Source: Nisaea sp. (lineage in GTDB: Bacteria; Pseudomonadota; Alphaproteobacteria; Thalassobaculales; Thalassobaculaceae). Taken from it: DNA of 64,000 nucleotides. Both the position numbers and the translations under genes were made by a program. Below, piece by piece: positions 10,048-19,905 of the stretch (the stretch's first letter is position 1; every line of letters starts with the position of its first letter). The stretch covers positions 34,791 to 98,790 of the forward strand of contig NZ_OZ244205.1 of NCBI RefSeq assembly GCF_965216895.1, given 5' to 3'. The notes beneath the pieces are model-generated. The model was not told the DNA's origin. It searched no databases and was given only the letters and a program-made list of their open reading frames with translations.

Positions 10048-10497
10048 ATGACGACGGACAGCCTCTTTGCCGCGCGCGGGAGCAAGGCGGAAATCGAGGA
10101 AGGCGACGCTTTCCAGCCGGAATTCGATGCGGAGGGGCTGATCCCCTGCATCACCCAGCATGCCGAGACCGGCGAGGTCCTGATGTTCGCCTTCATGAAC
10201 CGCGAGTCGCTCGCACGCACGCTGGAACTGGGAGAGGCGGTCTACTGGAGCCGCTCGCGGAACGAGATCTGGCACAAGGGCGCGACCAGCGGCCATGTGC
10301 AGAAGGTCGTTGAACTGCGTACCGACTGCGATCAGGACGTGGTGCTGCTCCGCGTGCTTTCGGGGCCGGCCTGTCATGTCGGCTATGACAGCTGCTTTTA
10401 CCGGGCGGCGACGGTCGAGGACGGAAAGGCGGTGCTGACGGTGGTGAAGGACGGCAAGGCCTACGACCCCGAAGCGGTCTACGGCCGGAAGGACTGA
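10048..10497 (+). CDS. hisI: Phosphoribosyl-AMP cyclohydrolase
   Basis: [30 protein letters not shown]; AGGAG RBS. Confidence 0.95.
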   Translation: MTTDSLFAARGSKAEIEEGDAFQPEFDAEGLIPCITQHAETGEVLMFAFMNRESLARTLELGEAVYWSRSRNEIWHKGATSGHVQKVVELRTDCDQDVVLLRVLSGPACHVGYDSCFYRAATVEDGKAVLTVVKDGKAYDPEAVYGRKD

Positions 10498-10501
10498 GCC
10501 C

Positions 10502-11053
10502 ATGGCCGAGATCGAGATCGTGCTGCCGGCGATCGCGGACGAGGACGGGGTGATCGAAACGGAAGCCGGACGTTTCCGAATTGCCGGCCAGTCGATCCCC
10601 GAGAAGCGGGTCATGGCCGATCCGGCGCTCCTGCGCGACCTCGTGAAGGCGGCGCGCGCGGCGGCGGCGCGGGCCCATGTGCCGTACTCGCATTTTCATG
10701 TCGGCGCGGCCGTGATCATGGCGGACGATCCGGAGGACCGTATCGTCACCGGCGCGAATATCGAGAACGCCTCTTTCGGCGCGACCGTCTGCGGCGAGCG
10801 CAACGCGCTGCATGCGGCTGCAGCCTTGGGTTTCCGGAAGATCCGCTTTCTCGCCCTTTCGACGGCGGACAGCCTTGACGGCCCGCTGCAGGAGCGTTCG
10901 CCCTGCGGGATCTGCCGCCAGGTGATGCGGGAATTCATCGAGCGGGACGAGGCCGGCGGCGCGGCCCTTATCCTCGTTGATACGGGTGATGCCGATTTCA
11001 CCGCCGACATCCTCGATATCGACCGGCTGCTGCCCTTCGGGTTCCGATTCTAG
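10502..11053 (+). CDS. cdd: Cytidine deaminase
   Basis: PYSHFHVGAA, GANIENASF, CGERNA, SPCGICRQ zinc motifs. Confidence 0.9.
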   Translation: MAEIEIVLPAIADEDGVIETEAGRFRIAGQSIPEKRVMADPALLRDLVKAARAAAARAHVPYSHFHVGAAVIMADDPEDRIVTGANIENASFGATVCGERNALHAAAALGFRKIRFLALSTADSLDGPLQERSPCGICRQVMREFIERDEAGGAALILVDTGDADFTADILDIDRLLPFGFRF

Positions 11054-11143
11054 ACCGCGTCCGGGCGTCACCATGGTGCAGGCTGACATCCAGAGGCCTT
11101 AGAACCCGTTACCGGGTCATCCGGGGAGGGTTGAGATGTGGGT

Positions 11144-11986
11144 TTACTGGAACAGTCCGAGGATCGTCTGCGGGCGCTGGTTGGCGAGGCCGAGCGTCTG
11201 CACCGCAAGCTGTTCCTGGACCTGCAGGGCCGTGAGGCGGGCGCTCTCCCGGGCCATGTTCGCATCGACGATATTTCCAAGCCCCTCATCGACGGCGTCG
11301 CGTGTGCTTTCCAGGAAGGTCGTCTGCAGGTTCAGAGCCCGCGCGTCGGCGCCCAGCTCGCCGAGAGCCGTGCCGATATCCGTCATCGCGGTTTCCCAGA
11401 CGGTCAGGGCGTCCAGCGCGTTTGCAGGCGTGCTGATATCCTCGTTGGCGAGCCGCGCATAACTGACGTCGATGCGCTGGCCGCGCAGGGTCAGGGTGCC
11501 GCCGTCGATATTGGAGAGCACGTTGATGTTGTTCACCGTGCCGACCACGAGATTGAACGGGATCGCCACCTCGATCAGGATATTCTCGCCGTTGAAGGTG
11601 GAGTTCTCGAGGATTTGCCGCATCTGCGCGAGCATGTCCGTGTAGTCGTTCTGCAGGATCTGCTGCTGTTGCGCCGTGTTTCCCTCGTTGGCACCTTCGG
11701 TGATCTTCTTGCGGATGTCGATCATGAGGTTGGAGACGGCGGTGGCGCCGGCGATGCCGACCTGGGAAATACCCTTGGCATTGTTCAGTCCCTGGATGAC
11801 GGCATCGAATCCGCGAAGATCGGTGCGGATCCCTTGAGCGATGGCGAAGTTCGAGGCGTCCTCCACCGCGCCGGTCACGCGCAGTCCGGTCGAGACATGG
11901 TTCTGTACCGTGTCCTTCGCGCTCTGGATGCCGGTCAGGTTTCTGAGGGCGGTCATCGCCGGCGGATTTGTGTGTATGGAGAGCAT
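11144..11986 (-). CDS. Flagellin (short alphaproteobacterial type)
   Basis: N-terminus MLSIHTN..AM.ALRNL, VSTGLRV..A..DAS.FAIAQ; C-terminus GNIVDANMARESARLTALQVQEQL..Q.L..AN..PQ.IL.LF. Confidence 0.92.
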   Translation of the reverse strand: MLSIHTNPPAMTALRNLTGIQSAKDTVQNHVSTGLRVTGAVEDASNFAIAQGIRTDLRGFDAVIQGLNNAKGISQVGIAGATAVSNLMIDIRKKITEGANEGNTAQQQQILQNDYTDMLAQMRQILENSTFNGENILIEVAIPFNLVVGTVNNINVLSNIDGGTLTLRGQRIDVSYARLANEDISTPANALDALTVWETAMTDIGTALGELGADARALNLQTTFLESTRDAVDEGLGNIVDANMARESARLTALQVQEQLAVQTLGLANQRPQTILGLFQ

Positions 11987-12000
11987 GACAAATCTCCAGA

Positions 12001-12016
12001 AGCAAGATTTGTGCCT
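12001..12016 (-). promoter_or_regulatory. Possible sigma54 -24/-12 element for flagellin
   Basis: Minus strand AGGCACAAATCTTGCT versus consensus TGGCAC-N5-TTGCW; the implied start site is only about 4 nt before the ATG, which conflicts with the GGAG RBS. Confidence 0.4.
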
Positions 12017-12103
12017 GTTCTTGGAGGCTGTCTTCGGTTGCATCGCGGAGCCAAATTTGCCTGAATGGCGCGCATTCGGACTTGACCGCGATTGAGATCC
12101 GAA

Positions 12104-12574
12104 ATGTCGGGCAATGCCTCGTTTCTGGACGGCGGACGCACCTGCGGCGTGATCCGCTGCCGTCCTGAAGGCGCGCCACTTTTCGTCAATTGCAGTCACT
12201 GTTTCTGGTGTCAGAGGGAGGCCGGTTCGGGTTTCGCTCTGAGTGCCATGATTGAAGCGGACAGGGCGACGCTGGTGAAAGGGCGCCGGTGATGATCCCG
12301 ACGCCATCGCCCAGCGGCAACGGCCAGAAAATCTGGCGATGCGAGCGCTGTCACGCCGCGCTCTGGAACAATTTTTCCGGGGCCGGGGGGCAAGGTGAAT
12401 TTCGTCCGCGTCGGGACCCTCGACGATCCGGACGCGCATATCTTCACCACGATAAAGCTCTCCCGGGTCCGGATTCCGGAGACGGTGCCGGACTTCCCGG
12501 ATTTCTACAATCCGGCCGACGTCTGGCAGAAAGAATCGCTGGCGCGCATGCAGGCGCTGCGCGGCCGGTTTTGA
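12104..12574 (+). pseudogene. GFA-family (glutathione-dependent formaldehyde-activating / CENP-V-like) pseudogene
   Basis: Family motifs are split over three frames: GG.TCG..R..P...LFV.C.HC..CQRE.GS.FAL / PS.SGNGQKIWRC..C...LW / FVRVGTLDDPD.HIFT...FY....VW..ESLAR. Confidence 0.8.
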
Positions 12575-12584
12575 GGAGGCAGGA

Positions 12585-13007
12585 ATGACGGATCGGAAGC
12601 CGGTCGTGCTCGCTCCGCATCGGGGACGCGGCTACGAGATGGGCCGGATCAGCGCGCTGTTCAAAGCCGATGGCGCTGAAACCGGCAGCCGCTACTCGAT
12701 ATCCGAATGGTGGCTGGAGGCGAACACGACCGGGCCGGGTGCTCATGTTCACGAAGAGGGGGACGACGTGTTTTTCGTGCTGGAGGGCACCATGAGCTTC
12801 CTCGTCGGCGATGCCTGGCAGGAAGCCACGGCCGGGTCGTTCGTTCTGGTCCCGGCGGGCATGCGGCACGATTTCGAAAACCGCAGCAATGCCCGCGCGG
12901 GACTGTTGAATTTCTCGATCCCGGGCGGGTTCGAGCCGCACATGCCGTCGATAGTCGACTGGTTCCGTGAGAACCCACCGGGAGATGCTCGTCCGCCCGA
13001 GGTCTGA
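12585..13007 (+). CDS. Cupin domain protein
   Basis: GPGAHVHEEGDDVFFVLEG and VPAGMRHDFEN cupin motifs; GAGGAGG RBS. Confidence 0.9.
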   Translation: MTDRKPVVLAPHRGRGYEMGRISALFKADGAETGSRYSISEWWLEANTTGPGAHVHEEGDDVFFVLEGTMSFLVGDAWQEATAGSFVLVPAGMRHDFENRSNARAGLLNFSIPGGFEPHMPSIVDWFRENPPGDARPPEV

Positions 13008-13010
13008 GGG

Positions 13011-13472
13011 TCAGAGCGCTTTCGCTGCCGCTAGAACGTCGTCCGCGTGGCCCGGGACCTTCACCTTGCGCCAGACATTGCGGATCTTTCCGTCTCCGTC
13101 GATCAGGAATGTGGTGCGTTCGATGCCCATGTACTTCTTGCCGTACATGTTCTTCTCGACCCAGACGCCATAGCGCTCGCAGACATCGCTCTCGGCGTCC
13201 GAGGCGAGGGTGAAGGGGAGGTCGTATTTCGCCTTGAACTTGTCGTGCTTGGTGACCGGGTCCTTGGAGACACCGATGATTTCGGCATCGATGCCGGAGA
13301 AGTCCGGCATGGAATCGCGAAAGGCACAGGCCTCCTTCGTGCAACCGGGCGTGTCGTCCTTCGGGTAGAAGTAGAGGACCACTTTCCGGCCCTTCAAGGC
13401 GCCGAGCGAGACCTCGCCGCCGCCGTCCGTCGCCATGCTGAAATCAGGTGCCTTGTCGCCGACATCGACCAT
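13011..13472 (-). CDS. bcp: BCP/PrxQ peroxiredoxin
   Basis: YFYPKDDTPGCTKEAC, GIERTTFLID. Confidence 0.95.
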   Translation of the reverse strand: MVDVGDKAPDFSMATDGGGEVSLGALKGRKVVLYFYPKDDTPGCTKEACAFRDSMPDFSGIDAEIIGVSKDPVTKHDKFKAKYDLPFTLASDAESDVCERYGVWVEKNMYGKKYMGIERTTFLIDGDGKIRNVWRKVKVPGHADDVLAAAKAL

Positions 13473-13554
13473 GAATCATCTCCGGAAATTGGATTGTCTT
13501 GAGGACGCGAGGCAATCTGGCACGCCGGCCGGCTCCGTCAAGTGCCGCCGGATT

Positions 13555-14691
13555 TCAAGGGCTGAAGATCAGCATCACATAGGCGCAGAAAAGGACCAGA
13601 TGAACCGCGCCCTGAAGCACGCTGGTCCGAATCCCGCCAAAGGTCAGGTTGCTCATCATCAGTGTCAGAATGAGGATGACCATCGAAGCATCGTCGAGCC
13701 CAAGCACGATGGTCTCGCCAAACACGAGACCGATGGCCAGTACCGCGGGAACCGTCAGGCCGATGGTGGACAGCGCGGACCCCAACAGGAGATTGATGGA
13801 CCGCTGCAGACGGTTGGAGCGCGCGGCCCGCAAGGCCGCCATACCTTCGGGCACGAGGACCAGCACGGCAATGATGACGCCGCCGATCGCCGGCGGAGCG
13901 GATACCTCGACAATTCCGTAGTCGACGATTTCGGCCATGCGCTTCGAGAGCAGAATTATGGGCAGCAGCGTCAAGAGCAGGAAAACGGCGTGCATCGCGG
14001 TCATGCGCAAGCCGCCGGGACGGTGCCCGAACACCGGCTCCGCACCGTCCTCGAGCACCCGATCGCGCTCCTCCGGTTCGATGAAGAATGTCCGGTGACG
14101 CATGGTCTGGATGCCGAGAAACACGCCATACAGCAGTACGGTAATCAGCGCAAAGAAGCCTGCCTGGAAGCTATCGAAGGTGGGTTCCGTGGTCGAGGTC
14201 GTGAAATTCGGGAGTATGAGCGCAAAAACCGCCAAAGGAACGAGCACGGCGATAAAGGCCCTGGCGCCGAGCAGGTTGTAATCCTGTTGTCCGTGACGCA
14301 GTCCGCCAAGCAGGAGAGCGGCACCGCAGAGTCCGTTGAGAACGATCATCAGGACGGCGAACATGGTGTCGCGGGCGAGGGTCGGAGAGGCCTCGCCGGT
14401 TACCATGACCGCCGTGATCAGCGCCACTTCGATTCCGACAACCGCCAGGGTCAGGATCAATGTCCCGTAAGGCTCGCCGAGAGCTTCGGCCAACCGGTCC
14501 GCGTGCCGGACCACGCCGAACGCCCCGATCAGGATCGTCGCGAACAGCCAGGCGAAGATCATTGCCGCAAGCATGTGGCTGTCGAGATCCGGAAGCAGCC
14601 GGTCGGCGCCATATTCGAATGCCGCCAAAGTGGCGGCACCAACGAGAAACGGGCTCCCGTAACCGGACGCCAGACGAAGTCGTGCAAACAT
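13555..14691 (-). CDS. Ca2+/H+ antiporter (CaCA family, ChaA-like)
   Basis: LAEALGEPYGTLILTLAV..IE, ARDTMFAV.MIVLNG, LVL.PEG.AA, LGSALSTIGLTVP; start uncertain. Confidence 0.88.
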   Translation of the reverse strand: MFARLRLASGYGSPFLVGAATLAAFEYGADRLLPDLDSHMLAAMIFAWLFATILIGAFGVVRHADRLAEALGEPYGTLILTLAVVGIEVALITAVMVTGEASPTLARDTMFAVLMIVLNGLCGAALLLGGLRHGQQDYNLLGARAFIAVLVPLAVFALILPNFTTSTTEPTFDSFQAGFFALITVLLYGVFLGIQTMRHRTFFIEPEERDRVLEDGAEPVFGHRPGGLRMTAMHAVFLLLTLLPIILLSKRMAEIVDYGIVEVSAPPAIGGVIIAVLVLVPEGMAALRAARSNRLQRSINLLLGSALSTIGLTVPAVLAIGLVFGETIVLGLDDASMVILILTLMMSNLTFGGIRTSVLQGAVHLVLFCAYVMLIFSP

Positions 14692-14799
14692 TGTTGAGGT
14701 GGCGGTCGCAGCCAAGATCTGGCTCCAGAGGATCGGAGGAAGCTTTGGTTAACCTAAGTAATCGCTTTTGCGCGGGCCTCCAAGTGTTCCCGCGCCGTG

Positions 14800-16641
14800 T
14801 CAGGCATCACTCCGTGCCTGCTCCAGAATCAGATCAATGAAGGGCGCCGCGAATTTTTCCAGCTTGGCCTGCCCGACGCCGTGGACGGCGGCGAAGCTGT
14901 CCCTGCAGGTCGGCCGCTTGGCCGCCATGTCGGCGAGGCTGCGGTCGGTGAAGACGACATAGGCCGGGACATTGCCTTCGCGGGCGATCTCTGAGCGGAG
15001 CTGTTTCAGGGCCTTGAAGAGGCGAAGTTCCGGCCCGCTCATCGACTCTGTCGGCGCGGAGGCGGAGCGCGCGGTCTTCGCGTTGCGCTCGCGCCGGAGG
15101 CTGTCCTGACGATAGCGGAATTCCGCCTCTCCGGCGAGCAGCGCCTTGCCCTTGTTGTTGACCGACAGGCCGCCGAAACCCTGGATGTCGAGATCGAGGA
15201 AGCCGCCCGCGACCAGTTGCCGGATCAGGGACTGCCAGTCCTTCGCCCCGTGCGCGGTGCCGGCGCCGTAGGTCGAGACCTTTTCGTGCCCGAATTTGCG
15301 GATGCGTTCCGTATTGCCGCCGCGCAGCACGTCGACGATGTGCACGGTGCCGAAGCGCTCCCCGGTCTCCTGGATGGTCCGCAGAGCCAGTCTGGCATCC
15401 TCGGTTCCGTCAGCGGTCTCCGCCGGGTCGAGACAGGCGTCGCAATTTCCGCAGGGCGCCGACTCCTCGCCGAAATAGCGCAACAGCGACTGGCGCCGGC
15501 ATTCCGCAGCCTCGCAATAGGCGATCAGGGCATCGAGCCGCTTGTGTTCGCGCCGCCGCCGGTCGCCTTCGCCATGCTCCTGGTCGATGAACATTCGGCG
15601 CATGCGAATATCATCGAGCCCGTAGAGCATGAGCGCATGGGCGGGGGCCCCGTCGCGGCCGGCGCGCCCGAATTCCTGATAATAGGCCTCGACGCTGCCG
15701 GGCATGTCGGTGTGCAGGACAAAGCGGACGTCGGGCTTGTCGATCCCCATACCGAAGGCGATGGTCGCGACCATGATCACCGCGCTCTCGGACATGAAGA
15801 TGTCCTGGTTGCGGTCGCGCTCTTCCTTGTCCAGGCCGGCATGGTAGGCGAGGGCGTTATAGCCCTTGTCGCGCAGAAAGGCGGCGACCTCTTCGGTCTT
15901 CTTGCGAGAGAGGCAATACACCACGCCGCTCTCGCCGGCATGTGTTTCGATGAAGTCCAGAACCTGCTTCTTCCAGTCGGCGCGCAGCGCGACGTCGAGG
16001 CGGATGTTCGGCCGGTCGAAGCCATGGACGAAGATTTCCGCCTTCCCGCCAAAGAGCTTTTCGGCGATGTCGAGCCGGGTGATCTGGTCCGCTGTGGCCG
16101 TGAAGGCGGCGATCGGGACCCTCGGAAAGACGCTCTGCAGGCGGGCGAGATCGTCATATTCCGGGCGAAAGGAGGCGCCCCACTGCGAAATGCAATGTGC
16201 CTCGTCAACCACGAGAAGTGAAAGCGGCAGTTTCGAAATCGCGGCCAGCATGCGGTCCGTCATCAGCCGCTCGGGCGAGAGATAGAGCAGGTCCAAATCG
16301 CCGGCCGCAACCTTGTGCCATACCGCGACGTTGGAAGTCCGGTCCTTGGCCGAGTTGATTGTGTCAGCCCGAACCCCGGCGAGCTTGAGGGCCGCCACCT
16401 GGTCCTGCATCAGCGCGACAAGGGGCGAGACGACGATCGTAAGCCCGCCGCGGACCAATGCCGGAAGCTGGAAACAAAGCGATTTGCCCGACCCGGTCGG
16501 CATCACCGCGAGGGCATTGTTGCCGGCGAGGATCGCGTCGACCACCGGCTCCTGTCCGGGCCGGAACCCGTCGAATCCGAAGACATCTTTCAGAATGCGG
16601 TATTTTTCGCTTTCCGGGTCCGGACGGACGGCGTGCATCAT
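14800..16641 (-). CDS. recQ: ATP-dependent DNA helicase RecQ
   Basis: MPTGSGKSLCFQ, VDEAHCISQWG..FRP, VATIAFGMGIDKPDVR, RQC and HRDC domains; start may be 16722. Confidence 0.95.
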   Translation of the reverse strand: MMHAVRPDPESEKYRILKDVFGFDGFRPGQEPVVDAILAGNNALAVMPTGSGKSLCFQLPALVRGGLTIVVSPLVALMQDQVAALKLAGVRADTINSAKDRTSNVAVWHKVAAGDLDLLYLSPERLMTDRMLAAISKLPLSLLVVDEAHCISQWGASFRPEYDDLARLQSVFPRVPIAAFTATADQITRLDIAEKLFGGKAEIFVHGFDRPNIRLDVALRADWKKQVLDFIETHAGESGVVYCLSRKKTEEVAAFLRDKGYNALAYHAGLDKEERDRNQDIFMSESAVIMVATIAFGMGIDKPDVRFVLHTDMPGSVEAYYQEFGRAGRDGAPAHALMLYGLDDIRMRRMFIDQEHGEGDRRRREHKRLDALIAYCEAAECRRQSLLRYFGEESAPCGNCDACLDPAETADGTEDARLALRTIQETGERFGTVHIVDVLRGGNTERIRKFGHEKVSTYGAGTAHGAKDWQSLIRQLVAGGFLDLDIQGFGGLSVNNKGKALLAGEAEFRYRQDSLRRERNAKTARSASAPTESMSGPELRLFKALKQLRSEIAREGNVPAYVVFTDRSLADMAAKRPTCRDSFAAVHGVGQAKLEKFAAPFIDLILEQARSDA

Positions 16642-16741
16642 TGGAGTGTAGGTCCAAGTCTGGTGGGGTTCGGCCTGGTGGAGGTCAAGATCTGGTGTTC
16701 TAGGTACAGGAGGCACTGTCATCCCGCAACCATCCCTCCGC

Positions 16742-19700
16742 TCACTCCGGCGAAACCGCATCGGCCGGCGGCAGAGCGCCGGCGGGATCTTCGACCAGGG
16801 TCCTGAAGGCTTCGCGCACCTGCATTCCCCGTTTCTCGATGATTCTGTCGAGATCCTCGAAATTCTTGACGCCGGCAGAATTGGCGAGCCGTGCTTTCAG
16901 AGCGGCCGGCGCAGTCTCCGGATCGAAACTCTCGTCCACGGTCAATCGGAGGATCCACTGGATCGCGCGCCAGAGCCGGGTGGTTCCGGCGAGCATGTCG
17001 GCCAGACCGGAGTCGAGGATTTTGACCTCGCTCAGCCGGTCGAACACGTCGGCCGTATTGCCGGTCAGAAGTTGCGGATGCTCCCGGCAATGTTTGAGCA
17101 GGAGATATTGCGCCATGAATTCGAGGTCTACCAGTCCGCCCCGCCAATGCTTGATCTTCCAATGGGAGGCGCTGGAATGTTCCCGCGCGATCCGCTCGCG
17201 CATGTCCGCGACATCGCGGAGCAGCTTGTCCTGATTGCGCTCCTCGGTTAGCAGATCCGCGAACAGCGTGTCGAGCTTCGCGCCCAGTTCCGGCGAAGCG
17301 GAGACGACCCGGGCCCGGGTCAGCGCCATCCGCTCCCAGGTCCATGCTTCGCCGCGGTGATATCTTTCGAAGGCCTCGAGGCTCGGCACCATGGTGCCCT
17401 TGTTGCCGCTAGGGCGCAGTCGCAAATCGACCTCGAACAGTCCGCCCTCCGCCGTCTGCGCGGTCAGCGCCGCGAGCAGGCGCTGGCCGAGGCGGGTGAA
17501 ATAGGTACTGGCGGCAAGCGGCTTCTCGCCGTCCGATTCCGTGTCGAACGGGGCATCGTAGAGAAACACGAGATCGAGGTCGGAACCGGCCGAGATCTCC
17601 CGTGCTCCCAGTTTGCCGTAGGCGATGACGGCGAGCGCCGGGAAATGGCAGCCCGGGACGCGTCCGTGCCGGATCGCGAATTCCGCTTCAACCCGAGGCA
17701 GGAGGGCACGGATTCCCGCATCGACGATGTCGGACAGGCATTCGGCCGCGCGTGTCGCCGGGACACGTCCCTGCAGGACCTGAACGCCGACGAGGAAGCG
17801 TTGGTCGTTGATCCAGCGCCGCGCTATGTCGAGCACGTCCTCATAGAAGCGGGCGCCTGCGAGATCGCGTTCGAGTTCGGCCTCCAGGCTTTTCCGATCG
17901 CCGAGTTTGTCCGAGGGGTCGTGAGTCAGCACGCCCTCGAAGAGCGACGGGCGGAGGCCGAGCTGGCGCGCCAGGGACGGTGCCATGCCCATGATATCCG
18001 CCAGCATTTCGAGCAGCGGCGGATTGGCCTGAAAGAGGGAGAACAGCTGCACGCCCGCCGGCAGTCCCTCTAGAAACCGGTCGAAACGGCGAAACGCGGT
18101 GTCCGGCTCCGGTGCCTGTCCGAAGGAGGTCAGCAGTGCGGGGACGATCTCTGTCAGGATCTGGCGCGAGCGCTCGCTTCTGGTTGCCCGGTAGCGTCCG
18201 TGGTGCCAGGTGCGGATCCGGGTGGCGACGAATTCCGGATCCTCGAAGCCGAGGGATTCGAGGGTCTTCAGGGTCTCGGGGTCACTCTCGACCCCGGTAA
18301 AGACCAGGCTGCCCGCGTCCTCGACGTCGGAGGAGAGCGGTGCACTTTCCTCGAACAGGTTCCGGTAATGGTGCGCCACGGTGGAGAGTTGATGAATGAG
18401 CTCGCGCCGGAAGCGGTCGACTTCCTCGATGCCGAGGAATCCCGAGATCCGGGTAAGCCCGTCCGTTGTCTCCGGGAGCGAATGGGTCTGCGCGTCGTTG
18501 ACCATCTGCAGGCGGTGCTCGACCGTGCGCAGGAAGCGGTAGGCATCCATCATCGCCTTGGCGACGTCCGCCTTGACGCGGCCGAGATCGACCAGCGCCT
18601 GTATCGCGTCGCCGGTCTTCTTGCCGCGCAACCGCGCGTCGCGGCCACCCCAGATCAGCTGCTGGGTCTGAACGAAAAACTCGATCTCTCGGATCCCGCC
18701 GCGGCCGAGTTTCACGTTGTGGCCTTCGACCTTGATCTTGCTGCCGCCCTTGTGCGCGGCGATCTGCCGCTTGATCGAATGAATGTCCTCGATCGCGGCA
18801 AAATCGAGATGCTTGCGCCAGACGAAGGGGCGGATCAGGGAGAGAAACATCTCCGCCGCTTGTCTGTCGCAGCCGATCGGGCGCGCCTTGATCATGGCCG
18901 CGCGTTCCCAGTTCTGGCCGAGGCTCTCGTAGTAGATCTCTGCGGCAGCGACCGAAACCGCGAGCGGCGTGGCGCTGGCATCCGGACGCAGGCGCAGGTC
19001 GGTGCGGAAGACGTATCCGTCCGGGGTCCGCTCCTCGAGGATGCGGACCACCAGCCGGGTCATGGTAACGAAATGCTTCTGCAGTTCCTCGATCCCGGCA
19101 TAGGCCGGAAGTTCATTGTCGTAGAAAACGATCAGGTCGATATCGCTGGAATAGTTGAGTTCCTTCGCGCCGAGCTTGCCCATGCCGAGACAGATCAGCC
19201 CGGAGCCGTCGAGGATGTCACCCGGCCCGTCCGCGTCGAGCGGCAGTCTGCCGGCGCGCGCCTCGATCCCGAGCGCATGGCGCCAGGCCGCGGTGATGGC
19301 AATGTCGGCCAGCTCGCTCAGCGCTCCCGTTACCCGCTCGAGCGGCCAGGCACGGGTGATGTCCGCGATCGCCGTCGTAAGGGAATAGTGCCGCTTGAGG
19401 ACCCGCAACGCCGCCATCAGGCTGACGGTATCCATGGCGAGCGGTTCCAGCGCCGCCGCCCGTTCCTGCAGCCGCCGCTCCATCGCGTCCGGCCCGTTTT
19501 CCAGAAGATCGGCGGCAAACTCGATATCCCGAATCATCAGGCGGGTCAGGTAGGGACTGTTGGCGAACAGCCCTTGCAACAGAGGCGCACCGTTCCGATG
19601 TCCGGCAAGTGCCGCGACACGCGCGGCGAGGTCGGTGTCGCCCGTCAGGTCTGGTTGCTCGCGCCATCTTTCAAGCCCGATACGGGCCGCGTCGCTGTCC

Positions 19701-19765
19701 GTGACCGTCGGAAAATACGTGATCTGGTCCAGAAACACCGGCGCCCCCGCTCGAGATTTGACCAT
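16742..19765 (-). CDS. glnE: Glutamine synthetase adenylyltransferase/deadenylase
   Basis: Two nucleotidyltransferase repeats (GMGKLGAKELNYSSDIDL; YGKLGAREISAGSDLDL), DLRLRP, KLGRGGIREIEF. Confidence 0.95.
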   Translation of the reverse strand: MVKSRAGAPVFLDQITYFPTVTDSDAARIGLERWREQPDLTGDTDLAARVAALAGHRNGAPLLQGLFANSPYLTRLMIRDIEFAADLLENGPDAMERRLQERAAALEPLAMDTVSLMAALRVLKRHYSLTTAIADITRAWPLERVTGALSELADIAITAAWRHALGIEARAGRLPLDADGPGDILDGSGLICLGMGKLGAKELNYSSDIDLIVFYDNELPAYAGIEELQKHFVTMTRLVVRILEERTPDGYVFRTDLRLRPDASATPLAVSVAAAEIYYESLGQNWERAAMIKARPIGCDRQAAEMFLSLIRPFVWRKHLDFAAIEDIHSIKRQIAAHKGGSKIKVEGHNVKLGRGGIREIEFFVQTQQLIWGGRDARLRGKKTGDAIQALVDLGRVKADVAKAMMDAYRFLRTVEHRLQMVNDAQTHSLPETTDGLTRISGFLGIEEVDRFRRELIHQLSTVAHHYRNLFEESAPLSSDVEDAGSLVFTGVESDPETLKTLESLGFEDPEFVATRIRTWHHGRYRATRSERSRQILTEIVPALLTSFGQAPEPDTAFRRFDRFLEGLPAGVQLFSLFQANPPLLEMLADIMGMAPSLARQLGLRPSLFEGVLTHDPSDKLGDRKSLEAELERDLAGARFYEDVLDIARRWINDQRFLVGVQVLQGRVPATRAAECLSDIVDAGIRALLPRVEAEFAIRHGRVPGCHFPALAVIAYGKLGAREISAGSDLDLVFLYDAPFDTESDGEKPLAASTYFTRLGQRLLAALTAQTAEGGLFEVDLRLRPSGNKGTMVPSLEAFERYHRGEAWTWERMALTRARVVSASPELGAKLDTLFADLLTEERNQDKLLRDVADMRERIAREHSSASHWKIKHWRGGLVDLEFMAQYLLLKHCREHPQLLTGNTADVFDRLSEVKILDSGLADMLAGTTRLWRAIQWILRLTVDESFDPETAPAALKARLANSAGVKNFEDLDRIIEKRGMQVREAFRTLVEDPAGALPPADAVSPE

Positions 19766-19905
19766 CCGAGGGTGCGCACCGGAATTGCCGGCGTCAACAC
19801 GGACGAACCGGGCCGTTCCGATGATATGCCGGAGCCGCCTCTTTGGCGTCGCGCCGCCGGGCGCCCTATGTTAAGCGGAATGATCCGGAGCCAAGAGTAC
19901 CCCGC

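Noticed and set aside
9916-10614. Long N-terminal extensions in the ORF track (DUF455, flagellin, FIST, GT, permease, EamA and others)
   Set aside because: They overlap neighbouring genes; downstream starts fit RBS and family N-termini
10502-10620. About 40-aa N-terminal extension on cytidine deaminase
   Set aside because: The catalytic core is ordinary; the extension is too short to assign and may reflect start choice
14747-14754. GGTTAACC, and GGTTAA at 57812-57817, as CtrA sites
   Set aside because: Half-sites only, with no properly spaced second half
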